A stretch of DNA of 64,000 nucleotides from Nitrospirota bacterium (GTDB taxonomy: Bacteria; Nitrospirota; Thermodesulfovibrionia; Thermodesulfovibrionales; JdFR-86). The DNA is taken from contig CAVRJY010000001.1 in the NCBI GenBank assembly GCA_963721805.1, positions 224,001 to 288,000 of the forward strand. Direction: 5' to 3'. The notes under the pieces were generated by a model, which was given only the letters and a program-made list of their open reading frames with translations, was not told where the DNA came from and made no database searches. The position numbers and the translations under genes are program-made. Shown piece after piece: positions 21,082 through 31,551 of this stretch (within the stretch, counting starts at the first letter, position 1; every line of letters starts with the position of its first letter).

Positions 21082-22960
21082 ATGCAGATTAGGCTCACGA
21101 CCGGGAAGACGATATTCACCAGCGCGGGCGAAAGCGTGCTCGGGGCGCTTCGGCGCCACGGCATATACCTGACCGCCTCATGCGGCGGCAAGGCCACCTG
21201 CGGCAAGTGCCGGGTGCGGGTGATGGAAGGCTCCGCCGGCTGCCGCAACCTCGGCAAGCTCACGCCCGAGGAGCGCGCCTCGGGGCTGGTGCTCGCCTGT
21301 TCGAGCTTCCCCGCGACCGAAGACCTCCTGATAGACATCCCCGAGAGCTCGCGCCTCGTCATCGGGGACAAGATCGCGACCTCGCGCACCGAGGACATGC
21401 TCGGGCTTCTGCGAGAGCTCGGCGGCACGATAAGCCCGATAGTGCGCACGGTCGACCTTGAGCTCCCTCCCCCGAACATCAACGACAATATCGGGGACCT
21501 CGAGCGCCTGAAGCGCGCCCTGGAGGAAATCGGGATCACGGGCGTCAGGTTCTCGCACGGCTTCATAGCGCGCCTGGCGGCCGCGATGCGCGAGCCCAGA
21601 TGGAGCTTTACCCTCGGCCTCACCGGGACTCCGCCCGAGGCGATCTACATATCCCCGCGCAAGGACTGCTGCCGCTACGGGATAGCCGTGGACATCGGCA
21701 CGACGACCGTGGTCGTATACCTCGTCAACGTGGCCTCGGGGGCCATCCTCGATATGGGCCTTACGTATAACTCCCAGATCCGCCACGGCGACGACGTCAT
21801 CACGCGCATCGTGCACGCCACGGAGGGCGGAGGGCTAGAGGAGCTGAGGCTTGCCGTCACGGACGACATCAACGACATCATAGGCTCGATCTGCGAGCGG
21901 CAGGGCATCGCCCCCTCCGAGATCGAGAGCGCCACGATAGCCGGCAACACGACGATGGCGCACCTGTTTTGGGGCCTCGACCCCGGATACATACGCGAGG
22001 AGCCCTACATACCCACGCTCAATTCCTTCCCGGTATGGCGCGCAGGGCACGGCAGCGCTCCGGATCAACCCGCAGGCCCCGGTCTATACCTTCCCGTGCA
22101 TCGCAAGCTACGTGGGCGGCGACATCGTCGCGGGCGTGCTGGCGTCGAAGTTAAACCGCAGCGAGGAGATCGCGCTGTTTATGGACATCGGCACGAACGG
22201 CGAGATCGCCGTAGGCAACCGCGACTGGCTGATGACCGCGGCCTGCTCGGCCGGGCCGTGCTTCGAGGGCAGCGGCATACGCCACGGCATGCGCGCCACG
22301 GAGGGCGCGATAGAGTCCATTCGCATCGACCCGGCGACGAAGGAGCCGTCCTTCACGGTCATAGGCGGCACGCTGCCGCGCGGCATCTGCGGCTCGGGCA
22401 TGATAGACGCGATCTCCGAGATGTACCTCTCGGGCGTCATAGACCAGCGCGGCAAGCTCATCCGCGAGGCCGCACCATCCCGTATCAGGGAGGGCTCCGA
22501 GGGCGTGGAGTACGCGTTCTACGAGCAGGGCGGCGTTACGGTCGCGCTCACCGAACCCGACATAGAGAACATCCTGCGCGCAAAGGCCGCGATATACGCG
22601 GGCGTCGGGCTGCTGCTTGCGGAGGTCGGCTTCACGATGGACATGATCGAGCGCGTATACATCGCCGGGGGGTTCGGCAATTACCTCAACATCGAGCGCG
22701 CGATCATCCTCGGCATGCTCCCTGACTTGCCGCGCGAGCGGTTCCGGTTTTTGGGCAACACCTCGATAGCCGGGGCGTACCTGGGCCTGCTCTCATCCGA
22801 GCTGCGGGAGGAGTCCGAGCAGATCGCATCGAAGATGACTTACATGGAGCTCAGCGTCTCGCGCGGGTTCATGGACGAGTACATGTCCGCGCTGTTTCTG
22901 CCGCACACGGACCTCTCGCGCTTCCCCACGGTCGAGGCCCTGATGAAGGGCCGGACGTAA
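21082..22960 (+). CDS. [2Fe-2S]/ASKHA ATP-dependent corrinoid reductive activator (RACo/AcsV-like); apparent frameshift near 22050
   Basis: CGGKATCGKC ferredoxin, AVDIGTTT, MDIGTNGE, SAGPCFEG, GICGSG and AGGFGNY across two frames. Confidence 0.88.
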
Positions 22961-22964
22961 GGGG

Positions 22965-23714
22965 ATGGCCGGGGTCTCGGTCATCATCTCCGCGCTCAAC
23001 GAGGAGCGCAACGTCCTGGCCGCGATAGGCAACGCCTTGCAGGCACTCAAGGACTTCGGGATCGACGGCGAGGTCGTCTTCGTAAACGACGGCAGCACGG
23101 ACGCCACCGGCGCTGTAGTGGCGGAAAAGTATGCCGGAGATCCCCGCTTAAGGACGATCACGCACGAGAGGCCGCACGGCGTGGGCGGATCGTTTTGGGA
23201 GGGCGTCGACCTCGCGCGCGGCGAGGCCGTGTTCTGGTTGCCGGGCGACAACGAGAGCGACCCCTGGGAGATTCTCAGGTACTACCCGCTGCTGGAGCAC
23301 GTGGACATGGTGGTGCCGTTCGTCTTCAACCCAGAGGTCAGGCCGCGCTCGCGCCGCGCCCTCTCGCGGCTTTACCTCCTCGTGATCAACCTCACCTTCG
23401 GGACGGGGTTTAACTACACGAACGGTACGATCATGTACAGGAAGAGCATCCTGCGGACGCTCCCCAGCAGGACCGATTCGTTCTTCTTCCAAAGCGACGT
23501 CATCATCCGCCTGGCCAGGATGGGCTGCCTGTACGCCGAGGTCCCGGTGAGGCTCGGCGTGCGCGATACGGGCGAGTCGAAGGCCTTAACCTTCAAATCG
23601 TTCCGGAAGGTCGCGGCCGGGTATATAAAGCTCGTAAGGGATTATCATTTCGGCCCTCGCGGCCCGCGCGAGTTCCCGCCGGATACGCAGACGTATAAGC
23701 GGAGGCGCGGCTGA
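22965..23714 (+). CDS. GT2 glycosyltransferase
   Basis: SVIISALNEE, VNDGSTD and PGDNE motifs. Confidence 0.85.
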   Translation: MAGVSVIISALNEERNVLAAIGNALQALKDFGIDGEVVFVNDGSTDATGAVVAEKYAGDPRLRTITHERPHGVGGSFWEGVDLARGEAVFWLPGDNESDPWEILRYYPLLEHVDMVVPFVFNPEVRPRSRRALSRLYLLVINLTFGTGFNYTNGTIMYRKSILRTLPSRTDSFFFQSDVIIRLARMGCLYAEVPVRLGVRDTGESKALTFKSFRKVAAGYIKLVRDYHFGPRGPREFPPDTQTYKRRRG

Positions 23715-23735
23715 GACCGGAGGGTTTTCTCCCTG

Positions 23736-24878
23736 TCAGGGGAGCAGCGGCGTTTTAGCAATTAACCTGTCGTAAGAGGCCTGCACGGCGTACGAGAGCG
23801 ATATTACCGCAACGCAGCATATGACCATGAACGCGGAGAGCTCGCCCGAGGAGCTCCAGCGTAGCGGCCCGTTACCGATTGAGACAAGCCCGACCAGCCG
23901 CAGCCTGGTGGCCTCGTAATAGAGCACCTGTGAGATCACCTGATGAAAGAGGAATGTGATGAATGAGGCATATGCGATAAACGAGACCGCGCGCCTGGCC
24001 GGGCCGAACCTGTTGATGAGCGTCGAGGGGATATACAGCACGAAGAAATACGCTATCGACTGAAACGCCGAGATGTCGAGCGTTACGGTAAGGTATTGCC
24101 GGGCCGCCAGCGACGCGGCGAGGGCCACCGAGATGGCCGCCCACCCCCTGAGTGAAAACAATACCGCCAAAATCTTCCTGTCGTGGAATACCCAATCGGC
24201 CGTCAGCATCCCGAACGTGAAATAAGGCAGATATTCAAACGGGAGCTTCCCTGAAAATGCGACGCCTGCCGCATCGAGCGCCTTTGCCGCCAGGTAGTTG
24301 GCCGCAAGCGACAGGATGACCAGCGCCCACTTCGAGGCATCGTGCGAGAACGCCTTTACGAACAGCGGAAACGCGATATAGAACCAGACCAGGACTCCGA
24401 CGAACCACAGCGCACCGTAATCGAGATAGTCCGGCGTGAAATTCTGTAGCAGCAGCATGGCGCTGAACAACCCCTTCAGGTCCGAATAAGACCTGAAGGT
24501 GCGCCAGAAGTATACGGCGATCACGGCCGCCCAATAAAGCGGCAGGACCCGGATCGCCCTCTTTTTGTAGAACCCGGCCCACGAAGGCCGCTTCTTCAGA
24601 TAGCTCAGATAAAGGCCGTACCCGCTCGCCATGAAAAATGCGCTGACAGCGATCCCCACATTGTGCGTAAACGCCGAGATAAGCCCTGCGACGCTTTCGG
24701 AGAAGTCATGCGAAAATATCATCGAGGATATCTGCTGAAGCGTCGGCCTTGCATCGAACCCCTCAAAATACCTCGCATCCTCAAAATGCCAAAATACGAT
24801 CTGAAGGATCGCGACGGCCTTGACGAAGGTAATGAACTGGCTGATCTGATCCTTGCCGCGGGCGGGGGATGACTGCAT
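23736..24878 (-). CDS. Acyltransferase-3 (OafA-like) membrane O-acyltransferase
   Basis: AVSAFFMASGYGL, FYKKRAIRVLPLYW, LWFV...FYIAFP; multiple TM segments. Confidence 0.85.
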   Translation of the reverse strand: MQSSPARGKDQISQFITFVKAVAILQIVFWHFEDARYFEGFDARPTLQQISSMIFSHDFSESVAGLISAFTHNVGIAVSAFFMASGYGLYLSYLKKRPSWAGFYKKRAIRVLPLYWAAVIAVYFWRTFRSYSDLKGLFSAMLLLQNFTPDYLDYGALWFVGVLVWFYIAFPLFVKAFSHDASKWALVILSLAANYLAAKALDAAGVAFSGKLPFEYLPYFTFGMLTADWVFHDRKILAVLFSLRGWAAISVALAASLAARQYLTVTLDISAFQSIAYFFVLYIPSTLINRFGPARRAVSFIAYASFITFLFHQVISQVLYYEATRLRLVGLVSIGNGPLRWSSSGELSAFMVICCVAVISLSYAVQASYDRLIAKTPLLP

Positions 24879-24889
24879 CGGACGCGCTG

Positions 24890-26329
24890 TCAGGGCTGCT
24901 TTAGCTTGCGCGAAAGTATCTCGTTTACTGTCTTGGGGTTGGCCTTGCCCTTGGTAAGCTTCATGAGCTGCCCGACGAAGAACCCCAGCAGCTTTTCGTC
25001 ACCGCCCCGGTAGCGCTCGACCTCTTTGGGGTTGGCGGCCAGCACCTCGTCGACTATGCGCTCGATCTCCCCGGTGTCGCTCACCTGCACGAGGCCCTTT
25101 TCCTTCACTATTGCCTCGGCGTCCCTGCCCGAGGTGAACATCTCGCTGAATACGCCCTTTGCGATCTTGGCGTTGATCGTGCCGGAGTCTATGAGCTTCA
25201 GGAGCCCCGCAAGCGCGGCGGGTTTCATCGGGCAGTCCTCGATAGCGGTGTTGGTCTCGTTGAGCATGCGCATCAGTTCGCCCATGATCCAGTTGCTGGC
25301 GGCCTTGGGCTGCGCCCCGGCTGCGACAGCGGCCTCGAACCACTCGGCCGTCGCCCGCTCGTTCGTCAGCAGCCACGCGTCGTAGTCCGGCAGGCCCATC
25401 GCTGAGGTATACCGCGCCACCTTCGCATCCGGAAGCTCCGGCAGCGTGGCGCGTATCGCCTCTATGCGCTCCGGCGTCGTCGTGATCGGCACGAGGTCCG
25501 GCTCGGGGAAGTAGCGGTAGTCATGGGCCTCCTCCTTCGAGCGCATCGAGACCGTGACGTTCGCGCCGGAGTCCCAAAGCCGGGTCTCCTGCACTATCGT
25601 ACCGCCTTCTTTGACCGACTTGATCTGGCGCCTGATCTCGTACTCTATCGCCTTCTCGACGAACCTGAACGAGTTGATGTTCTTGACCTCGACCTTGACG
25701 CCGAGCGTGGTCTGCCCTATAGGGCGGACCGATACGTTCGCGTCGCAGCGAAGCGAGCCTTCCTCCATGTTGCCGTCGCAGACGCCGATGTACCTTAGCA
25801 GGCTTCTAAGCTTGCGCATGTACTCCGCCGCCTCGGCGGGGGTGCGCATGTCCGGCTCCGAGACTATTTCCATAAGCGGCACGCCGGTGCGGTTTAAATC
25901 CACAAAGCTGTATTGCCCCGCGCCCTCGTGGATGTTCTTCCCGGCGTCCTCTTCCATGTGGATGCGCGTGATCCCGATGCGGCGGAGCTTGCCCTCGATC
26001 ATGACGTCGAGGTGGCCGTGCTCGCAGATCGGCTGTTCGTACTGGCTGATCTGGTAGCCCTTCGGCAGATCCGGGTAGAAGTAGTTCTTGCGCGCGAAGC
26101 GGCTGTATGGCGCGATGGTGCAGCCCGTGGCGAGGCCCGAGCGGATCGCGAACTCAAGCGCGGTGCGGTTCAGCACGGGGAGCACTCCGGGCATGCCTAT
26201 GCATATCGGGCAGGTCTGGGAGTTCGGCCCCTGGCCGAATTTCGTCGAGCAGCCGCAGAATATCTTGGTATTCGTGCGCATCTGCGCATGGACCTCAAGC
26301 CCTATGACGGCCTCGTACTGTGTGCTCAT
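24890..26329 (-). CDS. gatB: Asp/Glu-tRNA amidotransferase subunit B
   Basis: [43 protein letters not shown]. Confidence 0.97.
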   Translation of the reverse strand: MSTQYEAVIGLEVHAQMRTNTKIFCGCSTKFGQGPNSQTCPICIGMPGVLPVLNRTALEFAIRSGLATGCTIAPYSRFARKNYFYPDLPKGYQISQYEQPICEHGHLDVMIEGKLRRIGITRIHMEEDAGKNIHEGAGQYSFVDLNRTGVPLMEIVSEPDMRTPAEAAEYMRKLRSLLRYIGVCDGNMEEGSLRCDANVSVRPIGQTTLGVKVEVKNINSFRFVEKAIEYEIRRQIKSVKEGGTIVQETRLWDSGANVTVSMRSKEEAHDYRYFPEPDLVPITTTPERIEAIRATLPELPDAKVARYTSAMGLPDYDAWLLTNERATAEWFEAAVAAGAQPKAASNWIMGELMRMLNETNTAIEDCPMKPAALAGLLKLIDSGTINAKIAKGVFSEMFTSGRDAEAIVKEKGLVQVSDTGEIERIVDEVLAANPKEVERYRGGDEKLLGFFVGQLMKLTKGKANPKTVNEILSRKLKQP

Positions 26330-27762
26330 AGCGCGGGCCTCTTTTGCTTGCGCCAGCCCGCGGCCTGCTCGTATGCGTACGCGGCCTGAAGCAGCCGCGC
26401 CTCGTCGAAGTTCCGGCCTATGAGCTGTAGCCCGATAGGAAGCCCGGCCTCGCTGAACCCGCACGGCAGCGATATCCCAGGCACTCCGGCGAGGTTCACA
26501 GATATAGTGAATATGTCCGAGAGGTACATCTTCAGCGGGTCGTCGGTCTTCTCACCCGCCTTGAATGCGACCTCCGGCGCGGTTGGGGTGGCGATGACAT
26601 CGACGCTTCGCAAACGCCTCGTCGAAGTCGCGCTTTATCAGCGTGCGCGCGGACTGCGCCTTGATGTAGTAGGCGTCGTAATACCCGGACGATAGGGCGT
26701 ACGTGCCGAGCATGATCCGGCGCTTGACCTCGGCGCCAAAACCTTCTGCACGCGACTTTAGATACATCTCCATCAGATCCTTCGCGCCCTCGGCTCGACG
26801 GCCGTACTTCACGCCGTCATACCGCGCGAGGTTCGATGAGGCCTCTGACGTGGCGAGGATGTAATATGTCGGCACCGCGTAGTCGGTATGCGGGAGCGAG
26901 ACCTCGACTGATCTCGGCCCCGAGGGAGGCAAGCGTCTTGAGTGCGGCCTTAAACGCGGCCTCGACCTCGCGGTCCATGCCCGGTACGCTGTATTCCTTC
27001 GCTACGCCGACCTTCAGGCCCTTGATCCCGTGGCCCAAGTGCGGCGGTGTAGTTCGGGACGTCGAGAGGCGCGCTCGTAGAGTCGCGCTCGTCCTGGCCG
27101 GAGATGATCTTAAGCATGATCGCGGCGTCGCACACGTCCTTGGTGATCGGGCCTATCTGGTCGAGCGAAGATGCGAACGCGACGAGCCCGAAGCGCGATA
27201 CGCGGCCGTACGTGGGCTTGAGCCCGACTACGCCGCAGAACGCCGCGGGCTGCCGGATCGAGCCTCCGGTGTCGGAGCCGAGCGCCGCGATGCACTCATC
27301 CGCCGCGACCGCCGCGGCCGATCCGCCGCTCGAGCCGCCCGGCACGCGCTCGGTGTCCCAGGGGTTGCGAGTGGGGTGAAACGCCGAGTTCTCGGTAGAT
27401 GAGCCCATCGCGAACTCGTCGAGGTTCGTCTTGCCCAATAGCACATAGCCCGCTTGCGCGAGCTTTTCGGTGACGGTGCTGTCGTATGGCGGGATGAAGT
27501 TTTCGAGTATCTTCGAGGAGCACGTGGTTCGCACGCCCTTGATGCACATGTTGTCCTTGATCGCTATCGGTATGCCCGCCAGAGGGCCGGACGCACCGGT
27601 CATCGACGAGGCGATCTCCGGAGTGCGCGTGACGTATGCGCCAATGCGGCTCTCGACCGCGTCTATGCGGCCTTCGACCGATTCGAGCACCTCGGCCGCC
27701 GAGACCTCGCGCTTGTCGAGCAGCTCGCGCAGGTCATGTATGGTCAGACGGAACAGTTCCAC
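26326..27762 (-). CDS. gatA: Glu-tRNA amidotransferase subunit A (apparent frameshifts near 27030, 26910 and 26610)
   Basis: Amidase signature [32 protein letters not shown] and MYLSDIFT spread over four ORF fragments. Confidence 0.93.
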
Positions 27763-27870
27763 AGCCAATATTATCACATGCAGGGAAATTCGTTGTCAAA
27801 AGGGGAAAGCGCGCGAAATCGTTTGAACAATGCCGTTGACCGCTCGCACGATTACGCAAGGGCAACACTT

Positions 27871-27994
27871 AAAGCGCGATAAATCGCGTCAGACTAGGAA
27901 CGGCGAGGAAAACGTCCGACGACGTACTGAGACGTACTTCGAGGACGGATTTCCGAAGCCGTGACAACGTATCACGCGTATTTAGCGCGGCTTT
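27871..27994. repeat. ~123-bp palindromic interspersed element, copy 1
   Basis: Near-identical copy at 35596-35717; imperfect terminal inverted repeats and nested internal hairpins. Confidence 0.85.
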
Positions 27995-28005
27995 CCACCA
28001 AAGCG

Positions 28006-28860
28006 CTAAGAACCAAACCTCATACTTATATCGGCGGCGGGGGCTGAATGGGTGAGCGCGCCTACCGATATGAAATCCACTCCGGTCAGCGCGATCTCGC
28101 GGACGTTATCGAGCGAGACGTTGCCCGAGGCCTCGGTTTTCGCGCGTCCGGCGATGAGTGAGACCGCCTCAGCCATCATCCCGACCGTCATGTTATCGAG
28201 CATGATGATATCCGCGCCCGCATCGAGCGTCTCGCGAACCTGGTCGAGCGTCTCGCACTCGACCTCTACCGGCATAGCCTCGGGCCTCATCGCCTGCGCC
28301 TTGCGCACCGCGCGCGTGATCCCTCCGGCCCCGGCGATGTGGTTGTCCTTGATCAGTATCCCGTCATAGAGCCCCATGCGGTGGTTGACCCCGCCGCCCA
28401 TCCGCACGGCATATTTCTCCATCTCGCGCAGCTGGGGCAGGGTCTTTCTGGTATCGAGTATGCGAGCATCAGTGCCCGCGACCTCGCCCACGAACATGCT
28501 CGTAAGCGTGGCTATGCCCGAGAGGTGCTGAAGGATATTGAGCGCCACGCGCTCGCCCATCAGCAGGCCGCGCGTGAGGCCGCGCACACGGGCTATGACC
28601 CCACGGTTGAGCACGAGCTCGCCGTCGCAGACGAGGGCCGAAAACTCTATCGAGGGGTCGACCTGCTTGAACGTCTCCTCGACGAACGGGAGCCCGGCGA
28701 CGACGAGCGGGGCCTTGGCGATGAGCGCTCCCTCGGACACGCTCTCGGGCGGGATCGTCGCTACGGAGGTGATGTCCCCGGTGCCGACGTCTTCCCTGAG
28801 CGCCTCGTAGATCAGGGTGCTTATGGATTTCTGCTTCTGCCTCTTTGAGCCGTGCGCCAT
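28006..28860 (-). CDS. nadC: Nicotinate-nucleotide pyrophosphorylase (carboxylating)
   Basis: EDVGTGDITS, DTRKTLP, NHRMGLYD, IKDNH, IMLDN, ISVGALTHSA. Confidence 0.96.
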   Translation of the reverse strand: MAHGSKRQKQKSISTLIYEALREDVGTGDITSVATIPPESVSEGALIAKAPLVVAGLPFVEETFKQVDPSIEFSALVCDGELVLNRGVIARVRGLTRGLLMGERVALNILQHLSGIATLTSMFVGEVAGTDARILDTRKTLPQLREMEKYAVRMGGGVNHRMGLYDGILIKDNHIAGAGGITRAVRKAQAMRPEAMPVEVECETLDQVRETLDAGADIIMLDNMTVGMMAEAVSLIAGRAKTEASGNVSLDNVREIALTGVDFISVGALTHSAPAADISMRFGS

Positions 28861-28862
28861 GA

Positions 28863-31535
28863 TTATTTCGGTGAACCCTTGAGCTTAGCGAGCCCTTCGG
28901 TGAGCTTGTCGAATTTGGACTTGCACTCGGCAAGTTTCGCGCGCTCCTTCTCGACCACGGCCTGAGGCGCGCGGCTGACGAAGTCCTCGCGCGAGAGCTT
29001 CGCGCTGACCTTCTGCATCTCCTCGTCGACCTTCTTGAGCTCCTTGTTGAGGCGCTCGCGCTCGGCCTCGATGTCCATCTCGCTTCGCACCAGCACGACA
29101 TAGACCTCGATCTGGTCCTTCACCGAGGTATAGGCGCCCTCGGGCTTGACCGCGTCCGGGCCAAGGGACTTTATAGAGGCGCGAGAGAGGCGTTCTAAGA
29201 GCGCAATGTTATTCTGTAATATCGCGGTCGCCGGTGCGCTGGCCTTGATCGTCGTGTCGAGGATCTCCTTGGGTGATACGTCTAGCTCGCCCCGGACGTT
29301 GCGGATGCCGGTGATCGCGTCCATGAGCATGTTCATCGCGGCCTCGGCCTCGATGTCGCGGCCCTCCGCGACCGGAAACGGCGCGACCATGATGCTGGCC
29401 TTGGCCTGCTTTACGGGTATCCCCTGCCAGAGCTCCTCGGTCACAAACGGCATGAACGGGTGCAGGAGGCGCAGCACGGTCTCTAATGTATAAAGCAGGA
29501 CGTCCTTCGTGGAATCATCCATCTCGACCTTCGCGATCTCGATGTACCAGTCGCAGAACTCATGCCAGGTGAACTGGTATGCGGCGCCCGCAGCGTCGTT
29601 GAAGCGGTAATCGGCCAGCCCGTTTTCGACCTCATCGGTCGCCTGCGTCAGGCGGCTCAGTATCCACCTCTGGGCCAGAGTTGCCGAGGCCCGGCGCGCC
29701 ATTACGCGGTCGTGGAGTTCTGCTTCAGTGGGAGGGACATAGTCCCCGCCGAGGTTCATCATGATAAACCGGGTCGCGTTCCAGAGCTTGTTGATGAAGC
29801 TCCGGTACCCAAGCACGCGGTCTTCGCTAAACCGCACGTCGCGGCCTTGGGCCGCGAACGCCGCGAGCGTGAACCGGAAGGCGTCGGTGCCGAACTTGTC
29901 GATCATGATGAGCGGGTCTATGACGTTGCCCTTGGATTTGCTCATCTTCTGGCCCTCTTCGTCTCGGACGAGGGCGTGGATGTATACGTCCTTAAACGGC
30001 ACCTCGCCCATGAACTTCATGCCCATCATGATCATGCGCGCGACCCAGAAAAACAGGATATCAAACGCGGTGACGAGGACGTCCGTCGGATAGTGCGCGC
30101 TAAGCTCAGGCGTTTTGTCAGGCCAGCCAAGCGTGCTGAACGGCCATAGGGCCGAGCAAAACCAGGTATCGAGCACGTCCGGGTCCTGGTGGATCTCGGA
30201 GCTTCCGCAGTGCGTACACTTGGTCGGGTCGGTCTGCGCGTCGCCAAGAGAGGGCACCGTGTGCCCGCCGCAGGCGTCGCAGTACCAGACCGGGACGCGG
30301 TGGCCCCACCATATCTGGCGCGTGATGCACCAGTCGCGGATGTTCTCCATCCAGGAGTAGTAGCTGTTCTTCCAGCCCTCGGGCAGTATGCGTATGCGCC
30401 CGTCGCGGACGGCTTCCAGCGCCTGCTCGGCAAGCGGCGCGACGCGAACGAACCACTGCGGCGTGGCGTACGGCTCGCACACGGTCTTGCAGCGGTAGCA
30501 GTGCCCCACCGCGTGCATGTGCTTTTCCTGGCGGCCCAAGTGGCCCATGCGCGCGAGCTCCTCGACGACCTTCTTTCTGCATTCGTAGCGGTCGAGGCCC
30601 TTGAACTCTATGCCCGCCTCCGCGGTCATCGTGCCGTCCTCGCCGATAATCGTGATCGAGGCGAGCCCGTGGCGCTGGCCTATCGCCTCGTCGTTGAAGT
30701 CGTGCGCGGGCGTGACCTTGACCGCGCCGGTGCCGAATTTCGGATCGACCGCGCTGTCGGCGACTATGGGAATTTTGCGCCCGGCAAGCGGGAGGTCGAG
30801 CGTCTTTCCGATCAGGTGGCTGTACCGCTCGTCTTCGGGATTGACCGCGACGCCGGTATCGCCGAGCATCGTCTCGGGCCGCGTGGTCGCGACCGTGACG
30901 TGCCCCTTGCCCTCGCTGAGCGGGTAGTCGATGTACGTAAGCGTGCCCTCGTGGTCCTCGTGCTCGACCTCCAGGTCGCTAAGCGCGGTGCGGCAGCGCG
31001 GGCACCAGTTTACGAGCCTCTTGGCGCGGTATATCAGGCCCTCTTCGTAGAGGCGCACGAAGACCTCGCGCACCGCAGCGGACAGGCCCTCGTCCATCGT
31101 GAAGCGTTCCCGGTCCCAGTCGCACGAGCAGCCGAGGCTGTGAAGCTGGTGGATGATCCGCCCCCCGTACTCTTTCCTCCACTCCCAGACCTTCTCGATG
31201 AACTTTTCCCTGCCGAGCGTGTGGCGGTCGACCCCGTCGGCCGCGAGCTTGCGCTCGACGACGTTCTGGGTCGCGATGCCCGCGTGGTCGGTGCCGGGTA
31301 TCCAGAGCGCGGCGTCGCCGTGCATGCGCCTCCAGCGGACGAGCGCGTCCTGTATCGTGGAGTTCAGCGCATGGCCCATATGGAGCTGGCCCGTGACGTT
31401 GGGCGGCGGGATGACGATGGTGTAGGGCTTGCCGCCGGGGTTGATCTCGGGCTTAAACAGCCCGAGGCTCCGCCAGCGGGCGTAGATGCGGGCTTCAGCG
31501 TCCTTGGGTTCGAAGTTCTTCGGGAATTCAGTCAT
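28863..31535 (-). CDS. valS: Valyl-tRNA synthetase
   Basis: PPPNVTGQLHMGH, KMSKSKGN and C-terminal coiled coil. Confidence 0.98.
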   Translation of the reverse strand: MTEFPKNFEPKDAEARIYARWRSLGLFKPEINPGGKPYTIVIPPPNVTGQLHMGHALNSTIQDALVRWRRMHGDAALWIPGTDHAGIATQNVVERKLAADGVDRHTLGREKFIEKVWEWRKEYGGRIIHQLHSLGCSCDWDRERFTMDEGLSAAVREVFVRLYEEGLIYRAKRLVNWCPRCRTALSDLEVEHEDHEGTLTYIDYPLSEGKGHVTVATTRPETMLGDTGVAVNPEDERYSHLIGKTLDLPLAGRKIPIVADSAVDPKFGTGAVKVTPAHDFNDEAIGQRHGLASITIIGEDGTMTAEAGIEFKGLDRYECRKKVVEELARMGHLGRQEKHMHAVGHCYRCKTVCEPYATPQWFVRVAPLAEQALEAVRDGRIRILPEGWKNSYYSWMENIRDWCITRQIWWGHRVPVWYCDACGGHTVPSLGDAQTDPTKCTHCGSSEIHQDPDVLDTWFCSALWPFSTLGWPDKTPELSAHYPTDVLVTAFDILFFWVARMIMMGMKFMGEVPFKDVYIHALVRDEEGQKMSKSKGNVIDPLIMIDKFGTDAFRFTLAAFAAQGRDVRFSEDRVLGYRSFINKLWNATRFIMMNLGGDYVPPTEAELHDRVMARRASATLAQRWILSRLTQATDEVENGLADYRFNDAAGAAYQFTWHEFCDWYIEIAKVEMDDSTKDVLLYTLETVLRLLHPFMPFVTEELWQGIPVKQAKASIMVAPFPVAEGRDIEAEAAMNMLMDAITGIRNVRGELDVSPKEILDTTIKASAPATAILQNNIALLERLSRASIKSLGPDAVKPEGAYTSVKDQIEVYVVLVRSEMDIEAERERLNKELKKVDEEMQKVSAKLSREDFVSRAPQAVVEKERAKLAECKSKFDKLTEGLAKLKGSPK

Positions 31536-31551
31536 GTGGCCTGCGGGCGAG

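Noticed and set aside
27763..27870. Missing gatC upstream of gatA
   Set aside because: gatC is often encoded separately; absence from this window is uninformative.
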